DNA of 64,000 nt from Basidiobolus meristosporus CBS 931.73 (lineage: Eukaryota; Fungi; Basidiobolomycota), in assembly GCA_002104905.1 (NCBI GenBank), contig MCFE01000118.1, positions 98,658 to 162,657 of the forward strand, written 5' to 3'. The notes beneath the pieces were generated by a model. It saw only the letters and a program-made list of their open reading frames with translations, did not search any database and was not told the origin of the DNA. The translations under genes were made by a program, and so were the position numbers. Positions 37,311 to 49,500 of the stretch are shown in pieces. Every line of letters begins with the position of its first letter. The stretch's first letter is position 1.

Positions 37311-38729
37311 ATGGAATATCCGGATAGGTATTCTACCCTCTGATATTTGCACAGCCCTCTCTATCACCAAGTGCTCAATCTAACCTTCCTTCATCTCAGC
37401 GATACCGAGCCAGAACCTTCGGATTCGCCAATCACGTATGAGGAAAGGATCGTCTTGCTGGAGAAAGATTTAGCACAAATGGAAGCCCAACATAGTAAGG
37501 CGATGGTAAGGCTGTTTGAGAAAAATGTCAGCGAAATCCAGTCTCTACGTTCGAAGATGTATTATTGTTGGGATCCCTCATATTGCTCCCGGCGATTCTC
37601 CATGCTGCACACGACCAAGACAGCGGTGCTCACGGAGCAAAGTCGCGATTCCATCATCCAAGACAAGGATATCCTGACCCAGGAGAAAAAAGAAACCCTG
37701 CTTTCCGTTCCCCAAGACAAGTCCTTTATTTGTATCAACGATATAGAGGTTGGTCCTCCATGAAGTCTTCCAGCATACGTGGTACTTATTTCTCTCCCAG
37801 GAACAATACATGGCCGAACTTACGATGTTGAAGATAGCTCAGGACAAGACACACGAGTCGCTACGCTTAAATCAGTTGAAAGAGTTGCTCGAGTTGAAGC
37901 GACATCTCTCGGATGTCAAAAACGCGTGGAATCATATCATCTGGAAGGGGCCACTTGACAAAACGGAAGTAGGCTCGCGTATGTGCGACATCCAATTATT
38001 TGGGCCCACTAAGGATGCCGTATCCAACATGTCAGTTGCACCAGGAATGGAAATGTAGTCCGATTCAGCTCAGCCATTAACTCATCTCTCTAACAACCCT
38101 AGACCCGACACATTACTGATGAATCTACGTTGTGGCCTGAAGGAGATTTTGCACCTGGTAAACGACCCATCGGTCAAGTTCTTTGTTGCAAAGCCTAGTC
38201 CCAACGACGGAGCAGAGTTCAAGCTATTCGAGAATGAGGTACAAAAATGCCACGAGGCTTCCAAGGTGAGTAGACTGCACCAAGCAGCTGTAGACGCCTA
38301 TTTCTGCGAGACTCACCAGAGCGTGGTTAACTTTTTGAGGCTGGATGCATCCCACTGAAAGACAACCTGCGGTTGTACATGATTCCGATGACGAAGGTGA
38401 CGCTAGCGAGTGGCGGAAATCAACATCTCGTGGAATTGATCAAAGATGCTCGACACACCTTTCTTACCGTCTTAGTGTCGGACATTCCGCACCGAAAACC
38501 CAGCAAGAAATCGCCGGAGAAGTGGCAAATCGATATGCACAAACCCTGGCCAACTGAGCAGAAGTCCGCTACCGAGCCGAAGGATCCCATCGACAGCACG
38601 ATGGCCACCCTGGATAAATCCATGCTGGAAGACCCGGAAAAACTCCGGCTAGAGCTGTTGAAAAAGGAACGCGAGATCTCTATTTTGCAAGAGGCGCTGA
38701 GGAGGAGTCGTTCGGAATCGAACATATAA
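37311..38729 (+). CDS. Multi-exon hypothetical coiled-coil protein
   Basis: Successive charged, helical ORF segments (EERIVLLEKDLAQMEAQH; LNQLKELLELKRHL; LRLELLKKEREISILQEAL) separated by GT-AG-bounded gaps. Exact structure uncertain. Confidence 0.55.
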
Positions 38730-40904
38730 ATCAACTGGTGTGAACCATCCATAAAGAGCCATTCAACATCAGTTAGTCGAACAGAATGGATTATTGACAA
38801 GTAGGCGACCAAACAGAATGGAAATGTCGATGTGTACAAATGGGAATTGGTGAATAAATACGAAGTGATAGGAAGGTGGGTGGGTGATCTAGCAACCAGC
38901 GTCACCAGAATATGCATATCGCACACCATTTGCTTGTTCAGATACCAAGAGGAAATTGCCCAATCCCCTTCCCCTCGACCACTCCCAGATGTTCGTGAGA
39001 TCAGAATAGTAGCCTTGTGCTGGCAAATCCATGCATACATTGCGGACTTGGCCATCGTAAGGGTGGCCCCGGATGAGAGGAGACGGGGGCCACGCCCAAG
39101 TGGCCATTGCAATTAACTGGTATCGCCGACTGTTACACCAGCCCCACATCTCGTAATTGACCCAACGCTGCTCGTGTCTCCTGATCTATGGATGCACCCA
39201 ATTGCTCGAGTAAGACCAAGGTGATTGTTAACTAGGACATGATATCGTGAAGCACCAATCTAGATCAAGCTCACATCCACGCTAGCTCCAAAGCGGGTCA
39301 GGTGTCCCAGCGGGATTTGCTCTCTATTGTCACAATGGACGCAGCCGGTCGCAGCCGCTCGGCGGAAGCCCTATCCGGCTCTGGCTCGAGGAAGCTGGTC
39401 GTGGCTAGGTCTGGTCTGGTCTGGTCGGAACCTGGTTGAGATTTTGAAACACGAACCGGCCAGGCCATTGGCTGTGATGGATGATTTTGACAGGCCGAAG
39501 TGGCCAATCAGCGTGGTTAGCATCAATCATGCTTCCTGAAGATTGCTTCGCCATTTCTGATGAATTCCTATCTGCGATTGATCGGATATACGAATCGAGA
39601 AATTATTTGTTTTGCCCCGACGCTTAGACATGGGTCCCACTTTGCATAAACCACGCCAGGCTTTGCAACGCGTCCTCCATGCCAGGTCGAGGCTGGGGAA
39701 TGCTCGGTCGGAAGTCGAGGGAATGCTCACATCTGGCGCATCTCTGCGTGGAGCATCCTCCCCGCGCAAAGGGCAAGCCGCCAGCCCAGTATAGGAGCAG
39801 GGTGTCGTGTCAGGCTGTTTACCTTGTACATGGGGTGCGTGTCTGCCACCGACACCCTGGACATCAAACAATGCTATGCTTCATGGATGTCTCCATGTTG
39901 AGGCTCAAGTGTAGTGGTGATTGATCAGCCCACAACCACTCGACCTAATCATCCCTTTGGTTAATCATTTGATAAGCGATGTTTTTGTCTGTTAATTTAT
40001 TCAACTTTTTAACCTACAATTCGATGCCACGAATCAGCCCAGCCATAAAGCAATATATGTGGGTCAGCGGGAGGTGGTGTCAAGCAGTGTCCTCCATCGC
40101 GAACCCTTGCGGGCATGGGCTGGCGACCATGCTCAGTGGAGTCTGCCACCAGAGCCTCATCTGTTCCCATGCTACTTGGCCATCGATTCCCTTCAGCCAC
40201 TGCAGGCCGGCCCGGTGCAAAACAGCTCACAAATCGCCAGCTCACTACGACATCGACTGGACTCCGGGCGCATTGCGTACGGGTGGTGAGATGCAATGGC
40301 TGAATCCTGGTGACCAGGGCCAGAGTTTGGTCGAGATGACAATTCAGGCCTCCAGCTCGTCGATCATTGCCGATACACCAGCAATGCGAGCCATGAGGGC
40401 ATCCCCGGTGGCCAGATGCTCGCTAGCTTCCTGGCAGTGAGGGACATCAAGACATGGATCGCCTCGTGCAGATCGTGGGCTTCGTGGGGGTATTCACGTA
40501 GTGTAACTTCTTGGGCCCAATGTGATTACAGATTGGATATTGATTTCTTCCAAGGATTGGCTCCAAGAAATAACGAGGAGTAATAGGCAACTTCAAGCGA
40601 TTGCAGTTAACAAAAAAATAGTTGACCCATCTCGACTCGAGTATATTGGTTCAAAGCAAGATCCTGATCCTGGTCAGACCCTTTGGAGCCATCCAGTAGC
40701 CACTCGACTAGTCTGATGCTATCCTAGATAGGTGATAATGTACCGTCTCTTTAGTCTCACCCCACCCCATGCCACCCCTGTCTTGTATCTGCTTTACCGC
40801 CTGTCACAAACCGCTATCTCGTCAGCCCTTATCTTCCCATTTTTCTCGTTCCGAATCTCGACCAGAATTCCTAGAGAAATACCAGTAGCTTGCTTAGATC
40901 CCTC

Positions 40905-42105
40905 ATGTTCTCCATAAAACACCTGGTCGATTCCGAAGCCGACTCTCGTGTCCCAAATAAACACCTTGCCTTCACCTCCACGGTTGGTGCGGATTTGGCG
41001 CAGACAGAGGCGAGGACAAGAGTTCTCGAGAGGGCCGACACAATGAAGGTAATTATGAGTAAACCGTTCGCACTTTTCTCTTCAATATCTTGTCAGTGGT
41101 TGAAACCCAACACGTTGCCACCTTTGGTGGGGCCCAAACCAGGGAACTCACGTGTCGTTGACTTCCGTATTGTTGGGTTGGTTTCATATCTTGCTGTTTG
41201 GTACAGGACTAACGTTTCTTTCAACTCTGCATCGGCCAATTCACCTCTTCGCATCCGGTTCTTACTTTTGGTTCGTGTGAGATTAGTACTTACGGAAACT
41301 TAAGTCACGCCTGGCCTACGCCACGTTCAAAGTGGATCGGGGGTGGGAAAGCCGTTCTTTTGAAGAAGTCAAGCACCTCTATCAAGAAACGCGGAGTTCG
41401 GCGGAGGAGACCTCCCACAACAATGTGCCCAGTACACGCACGACTCCCGCCACCAGCGAGCCGGAGTTTGTGGTGCCGAGAACCCCGGTCTCCGTCAGAC
41501 ACAAACGTAAACAAACCGAAGAACCTAAGAGCAGACCTTTAACCCCGAGACCCACCTTCAGCTCCAGCAAGAACATCCAGAATCACCAGAACGTCAAAGG
41601 GCGGTCAGGTACCAGTCTCGGAGCCAAAGCCAACCAAAGGTCCACCAAAGAGCCGAGCTCGAAGCTCCTAAACAAATCAAAAGTGATGGTGGCTGATAAA
41701 GAAAACCAAAAACCCAATCCCATTGGGGCCTTTGAGTGGAAATACACGACACCACCCCGCTCTCTGTCGGAACGTACCCTCTGTGGTCAACAGCCTCCTT
41801 GCCAGCCGAACTTCCTAGCTTCCATTGGACCCAATGGGACCAAAACGCCTCTGGAGAACGTCCAGCGCCAGTCGCGGTCCACATCTCCTGCTTTTGAGGC
41901 GGCAGAGACCATCATGATGCTAAGCTCACCCAGGCCCAGCACACCGATCACTCCACGGTACTCGCCACTGGAGAATTCCCCACCACCAGGCAGTGGTTTG
42001 GAGATGCAACCGCTGCAGCAGGCCTATCAAGATGGCGACCTATTCAACAGTGCGAAAGATCCGCTGAATCTCTTGGTAGCGACCGCTTCCTACTTTCCCA
42101 AGTGA
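40905..42105 (+). CDS. Whi5/Nrm1-like G1/S transcriptional repressor, multi-exon
   Basis: LRKLKSRLAYATFKVDRGWESRSFEEV (~41290-41370) is the Whi5-type motif. Many S/T-P CDK sites and an AAETIMMLSSP segment. Internal exon boundaries uncertain. Confidence 0.75.
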
Positions 42106-43948
42106 GGCTGTAATCCAGGACCCCCAATCTCTTCATGTACATCTCCCGACCGTATTCCACTCCATGTTGATACGCGATGAACCGGCTGCCAAGCAAGCAT
42201 CCGGAAATCCCAAAAACCCCCTCTTCCCAACACACCCACACCTACATTCACCCGCCCATCCTTCAATATACATAGGCTCGACTTGGTACATACCATCTTC
42301 ATCCTAGCGGCCCCAGCTTTGACGTGCACAAATCAGTTTTCTTTTCCAGCCGCGGTAGCTCACCTCCTCCTGCGGATGGGTTCATTCGTGGGGGGAGGGA
42401 TTTCCATGAATTTCCACCGAATCCCATGAATCCTCATGGTAGGTAGCGGGGTTCCATTGGAATCGTGGACAGACCAGATGGACCATACTAGACTGGCCAA
42501 ATAAAAACCATCGGATCCGATTCGAAATCGGGCATCGCCTTCCTTAGCTCAGCATCACGCTCAAGCTGGTGAACGATATTGGTGGGGGTTTCAGGCTGGG
42601 TACGGCCGCGAGGAGTGGTTCATAAGCGACCGAGGCTAATTTGGGTATCGAATGCGGATTTCCGGCTGATGTGTCACAGATAGAAGCAGATGGTCTTCAG
42701 GCAAAGCAAATCAAGGGGTTCGAAGCGGCATGGCTCATATTATTCTCAAGTGATGATGTAGAACATGGCCAAGTAGACCCAACCGTACACTCTGGATAGA
42801 GTACTGCTCCACCAAGCGAAAAAGTTTGTGGAAGGCTCGAGTCGGCCAGCCTCACTGGCACACAACTGGTCGTTGGTTTGCTATGTTGGCAGATTACCGC
42901 ATCACCTAGTAGTAAGCTTTACACACAGCTTTAAGGTCATTTCTGGTATTCAAAAGGACTAGGTTTGTAGCAATTGGACAGAACACCGTGGGAGTGATCA
43001 GCTCTCCGAGAAAATAGCATTGCAAAACGCTTTTTTGCCAGCGTGTGCGAAAGAATGTGGCTGAAGGTAGGTCTCGTCACTCAAGGAATACGCTGCAGGG
43101 CTTTGAATAGCTGATACCTGCGTCAAACAATTCAGCACTTGGGCTGAAGATGGGTTGGATTGCATCGCCAAGGTAGATCCACCAACCCGTAGTATCTTGC
43201 CATCGACAGATTCGGCGCTGTCCTATGTGTGCCACGGGCCTGGTTTGGCAGGGCAACATGTACCTCCTTCATCAACGTATTTACTGTACAAAGGCAATTT
43301 GGTTCAGAAGGTCGGTCCCGAGATTGGGTAACTATCCCCTGATGGCTTATGCTGATATGCCCCCACACCCTCACTTGGCAGCATTGAACACAACCTGCAC
43401 TGGCTCCATAATCCCAATTAGTCCACTCGATCATGGATCGTCGAGTCACTCTATGCATAAGATTTGGAGGGGAGCACTCTGGTTGTATGAATCCCCTGAG
43501 TTGACAGCATCGTATCCTCTCATATGTACCCACTGTTACGCAAAAGCAATCGGTGATCTGGTCAATAAACCAATCTGAAACAGTAAGGCCGGGTCCACCT
43601 TCATACGCACCTCCATTTCCTGGTTAACACGCACAACCCTCACAAAACCAGCATGGGCGTCGACCTCCGTGATCCATGCCAACTCCCCTTCCCCTGATAG
43701 TCGCACAGAACAGTATCGCTTATCTGAGGTAGACATTTGAATGTATATATTCTATTGATTTATCTTGTCTGAACAATTGGGATCGAGAATGAGTGAGTGA
43801 TGAAGGTCAAAGGAACATTGGCTGGGCGGTGGATTGAAAGGAAGCAAGGAACATGGGGGATCCGAATTCCAATTCATCTAAGGAGGGCCTCTTAATCCAC
43901 GCCACCACGGCTTTTGGGGATATTAGGATTAGCTGACGGTTGGATGGT

Positions 43949-46556
43949 TTATTTTGCATTATCCACATCCTTCAATACTTTACTTATTACATCCCGCCGT
44001 TTCTTTTCGTCAATATTGGTTCTTCTGATTGTGTCGGCTAGCTCTCGTACTCGGTCATCGACGGTTTGCGAGTCCACTGGTCCCTTTTGGTGAGGCAGCT
44101 TTAGGTAGTCGAAGATGGTGACCAAATTATTACGAAGATTTCGCGAGGAATTCATTAACTTAAGATAATCATTTCTAACATCTTGCAGCTGCTGCTTGAC
44201 CATTTGATTCTCCTTCGACAGATGCTCGCAGTCGGTACGGAGTCGATGGCTCTCGCTGTTTTGTATAGATTTGAAGCGGCTGAATGTATTTTCCGAATCC
44301 TGTAACTTTTGTTTGAGCTCCTCGACCTTTTTCATTAACTCGATTTGTGACGGCTGTTTTGGATCGGATGATCCTATTGGTTGTGTTTGAGTGAATGAGT
44401 TTGTGTGTACAGAAGATCCAAACGATCTCAGAGGGGAAGGAGTCGGTTTCTTAGGGTTGGCTGTAGATTTGGTTCCATTGTGACTAAATGCTGGCTCGGA
44501 TTTCATTCCTAGACGAAGATTAATTAAGCTTGAAATATACAATATCTGTGGATGTATACATACTATGTATGATACTCTCTAGCGTAGCTAGCCGAGGCTG
44601 TTGATCGGCCAAGTACATTTCGCAAAAAGTCGTAAGATCCAACTCCTCCTGCTTTACAACCTCCTTCTTAATCGCCACATTTGCCCCGTTTGCTTCGGTC
44701 AATGGTGTAGCGGCCAACTCTGTCGGAAGCGACTTGGATTTCAAATTCTCGGAGCCCTGTGCTCTGGCAGAATCTTTTGGTGACGGTGCTTTGAGGCTAT
44801 TTGGAGGTACATTACCAGCGGGCTGTTGGAGGATGGTGTGAATAAGAAAATTGGCTTCTACATTTAGCTGGACTTCACTTACTTCGCTTTTAATAGCTTT
44901 GGCGGCGAGCTTTGGTGTGGTCTTCGGCTGTCTATGTTTGTGTCCATTCACTGCCTGGGATGTTGAAGGTACATTTGAGGTGGTCCGTTTCCCATTCAAA
45001 ATCTCCTGCAAAGTATTTCTAAATGGTTTGCGGGCTCTCTCTTTCCCCTCATCCACATCACTGTTCCCATTTGTCCCAAGCTCTGCATCTGATTTTTGGG
45101 ACTCCTCCCCAGATGTACGACTGGTACTGTCATTTTTCTCTTGCTGGTCTACAGATGCCTCATTTTCATCGTCGGAATTCTCTGAACCACTCTCATTGTC
45201 TTCACCTTCACTTTCGTTAACGGTGTGATTCATTTTTCGTTTTTTCGTAGGTGTTTCCAGGGAAATGGAGTTGCGCTTCCTAGGATTGTTGCGTCGATTT
45301 TTCTTATGCTCTTCTTTATGCTCGCGGCACATCAAGCCTAGTTTGCTGCTACCTTGACTCCCGTCAAGCACCAGGATTTCGGCATCGACGGCGCAGGTTA
45401 CATGAAACCAACTGTATATACAGAGTATAAATCAGCATACAACGAAATAGATCTCAGTCCATATGTACAGCCTACAAACCGTTTGCATTTACGTATTGAG
45501 CCATTCTCTAGGACTTTTGAATAGCAGCATTGTGTGCAAATGCCTGAGGACTTCTCACAAAGGTAACAAATCTTAAGAGGATTCGGTTAAATCATCAACG
45601 TATCACAGCAAACATCTCAGTTAAAGCAACCTGTGATTCTTGCAGTAGCGAGGAAACGGACCACGGCTCTTTGGATTTGTCAATGGCCTGGTTCCACCTG
45701 GCACACAAAACGTGGATGTAACTACCAGGGATGTCTGTCCTTTTGAAAGCGCCCTCGGTTTTGTCACAACAAATAGGAATCTATGATAGAGATACAATTA
45801 GCACAAGCTTTCTAGACACATACAATATGTACCAAGGTACACTACTATTGACTATTAAAGATATTACCGTTTGGTCAACTGGGATTTTGTCGGCACAGCG
45901 TTGGCAGAACCATTTCTGGTTTCCTGGAGGCACCACATCAATGCCATAGCACTCTATAAATCAATTAAGATTGTCGAATCATTTTAGCACAAGATCTAAA
46001 TACGTATCCATATTCGAAAATCAATACTCACTTTGATGAACGGGGATATCACAACCTGTTGATGTTACACAATGGTCGTAGAACGGTAGTGTCGATGTGA
46101 GAAATGGGACAATCGGAGGAAAGGGTTGGTTTAGGGGAGAGTGAGTGGTGAGGGTGAAGACAATTACGAGTTAAAAAATGTTGCAAATATCGTGTATGTA
46201 AAAGGAAAAAAACCTTCACCGTCGCAAAATACTATAGCGTTCTTTTTACTCCCGTCTTCACCACCGCAAATAACACAGCAAGACTACAATATTCAGTTGT
46301 TAGTGAGCGAAGTAGTTTGTATACGACTACTCACGGAAGTATTCGACATGAAACTATCACATAGCCCGGGTCGAATACTCTCGTAATGTACACGCATTCC
46401 AAATAAAGGTAAGGGACGTGTTCCTCACTTAACCGACCGATCGTGAATGAGGAGCGTCACCAAACCAAGCTAAATAACTACCTCATCAGATTCATCGGAG
46501 GAATTAACTTCTTCCTCGTTGGTGGATTCCACCGAGCTCTCGGGACTCAAAGGCAT
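43949..46556 (-). CDS. PHD-zinc knuckle-ePHD (PZP) chromatin protein with acidic/basic linker and C-terminal coiled coil, multi-exon
   Basis: Exons encode CDIPVHQ|ECYGIDVVPPGNQKWFCQRC, EGAFKRTDIPGSYIHVLCARWN and CFHVTCAVDA...LMCREH, the PZP pattern of AF10/JADE/BRPF/Nto1-type proteins. Coiled coil in 43949-44542. Confidence 0.8.
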
Positions 46557-49500
46557 TTTCTACGAATAAATCGAACAGGCGTATCAAATCTATTTGGCTA
46601 GATGGAAGCAATACTATATAAAGGGTTTGGAGAATTTGTAAAACAAGGCGGAATTATATGTGAATCAGGTGAAGGTAGTACAAAAATGATAATGATACAA
46701 GAAAATCCTTCAGCAAAAATTGGCAATATCAAGAGGAACAAATTGAAGTAGAAAAATTACAAAACACGCCAATCGAGTGGTAAAAGAAATGAAAAGGTAG
46801 TAGCTTCTTATCAGACCCGCTGAGATGGCAACATGGGGATTTATATATTTTTCAACGGGTGTGTTGTACGAATATTCGAGTTTCATTGGCCAATGTCCTG
46901 CAGATAAGCAATTGGTAGATAGACGAATGAATGGATGGTTACGAATTGGGTTCCGGAATTATTAGATATCCATTTTAATGTGACCTACCTACTGAGCTGA
47001 ACTGCAATGATACCAGCAGTGGCCTGATGATTAGCCATATTTTGGGTGAAAATACGATGGTATTCGAATTGCCATTGTCCATGACAGCTCAATGAGGATA
47101 ATATCTTTAGTCAACAGTATTGGATTGTAGCAGACATTTTGCACTTGGATTTCTATTCATTATATTCAATTGCTCGAAATCTGTTGATGAATGGTCTAGA
47201 ATTCCAATCATTTGGTAAATTGTATAATAACAGCAATTTTATGAAAAACCTTTACTCCTATTGTCAATGCATTTAAACTCGCCAAACTTGACCATGCTTC
47301 CCCTTAACAAACCAATAGTTGAACTGTTCAGACAACGTTCTATCCGTTTTGCTTTCCTCAATTGTGACCATGGCCTTATGGATATTGAGGTTGAGATCTA
47401 CAAGATTGGTGCGTGGCAAATCAGCACGGGTATAGAACTCTCAGATGACCCCTACCCTGTTTTCGTCATGAATACCCTTAAATATCACAAGCAGCGATGT
47501 AGAACTCGCTATGCACACTACTCCAAGATCCAACAGCCATGTCAGGATCTTGGTAGTGGCGAGTCAACAGCTGTTTGCGAAGTCGCCAAGGATATTCATC
47601 TATATCATGGGAGCTGTGAGTAGTCCAGGGCCATCCGAGAAAAATTCAGATCAAACACAGGATTCAAAACCAAGGCCTAAATTTAAAGAGGCAGAAACAA
47701 TACATGAAACACCAGACTCAATTATCTGGGAATCATCATGACCATTCTAGGTAAATGCCACAACCCCCGTTATTGGCTCCCTAAACTATTAATGATTGGT
47801 ATTAACCAAGCCTATAGTATGGGTGAGAGGTGGAATAGTCTGTTTCGTTTTACAATGGGAGCCTAATTTCGCAATTTTCAACTTGGGCTCAACCTCCAGG
47901 GCCAGCGACGGCCACCTTGAGGGTGGAATCGACCACCCTAGGCTCGTCTATACATCGATGGGTGGCTTTATGCATATGGACAGGAGCCTTGGTGTATCGA
48001 TTATGTGTGAGGTGGATCATCTACAGCATTAGGCTGACGGGTTGCATGCCAACTTGGATATCTCGACACATTGCACGTTCTCGTTCAAGAGCCATCTTTG
48101 GCGGAAAGGGCACTGGTCTATTCGACTTGACAAAGCGCGCATACGAATAAGGCAAGTGTTCTCATATCTGTTCCTGTCTAAAGCCAAGAGTAGAGTGTCA
48201 TTTGAACTCATGTCCAGTGAGTCCAATCGTCACCTCGATCGAAATTGAATTGGTCTGGGTGAACCAGCAGTAGATGAAAGATAGGAATGCGCCCAAGGTT
48301 GATGGAGCCCTACCCCAGAGCTACCGAGTGAAATTGCTCATTCAACAAATCCAAATGAATACAATATCCGGCTTTTAAACAAGTTCAGACTGGCCTACAT
48401 GATTGTAGCCGGGATTAGCTAGATTTCTGCACAAGTGCATGGAGTTTTTGGCAGGAGGCAACCTAATTGGCGTTGCTGCCGATGTTTGGATGATTCACTT
48501 GATGAGGTGCGAAAGAGCAGCATTATGGCGAAAGGCAACTCTCTGATGGCACTAAATATAACGTGAGATGGGTTGGGTGGATGCACGCTGATTCACTACA
48601 TGCCAGTGTGTTTCAGAGAGTCGAGCTAGCCCCAAGAGCAAAGCTGCATCATACGACTGCTTTTGACTTCGACTACTGAAGGAAAGGGTGGTTCCTTGAA
48701 AAGCGGCTCTTGAGAATCTGCTTGGATCTTCACTGTTGAGGTTTCACCGCATTCTCATGAGTGCTAATAATAGCTATAAAATAGTAACAATAACAATGAT
48801 AATAACCCTTTCCTTCTGATCCGCGATTATTCAGATCTAATCGTAACTTAGAGACTCATTACTTGGGGTGCCGTGAACAACAAATCCAATTTTCCAATTA
48901 TGGAATGCTCCAGTTGATACATGTGGTGGTTGTGGGGGGGTGGTGGTGGTATAGAGTTATAGTCAAATGCCAAACACGTGCGCATGTGTATCTACCCTAG
49001 TCAGCTTGGGATTCTGTATAGTTAAAGTGTACGGTCCTCGTCAAACAAATCACTCTGCTTTCTCATCTTGTCCACTTGATCAGTAATGATCCTTCGAGTT
49101 TTCCAACGATGCTTTTGGATTCACTGGCACTGATGTGTTGCAAGCTTGTGAAAAGTGGATGGTAAGTTGGATTGCGAAAATATTTTATTAGCGTCTAGCA
49201 AAAATTGCTCTAAACCGGAAGGATTCTACTTACTACTTGAGGGGGTATGTTTGATTACAATCCAAATTTTGCAATTGCACCAAAAACCTGGTTCAAAGTG
49301 ATCTCGTAGAGCGCTCAGTAAAGTACAATCCATACCAACTCTGTAGCCGATGAAAGCACTTCTTTATACAAGGTGCAGATGGGCTGTTGTGCCAGTTGAA
49401 TAAAGACAGTCTAAGGGAATGGCTACTTGTCTCCGACCGGCATATGCCACTTCGAGAAGGGCTCCTGACCAAGTGGAACCTCGCACTCTTAAGGCTTTTG

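Noticed and set aside
38420-39112. 230-aa minus-strand ORF
   Set aside because: Largely antisense to the last exon of the coiled-coil gene, with no domain signal.
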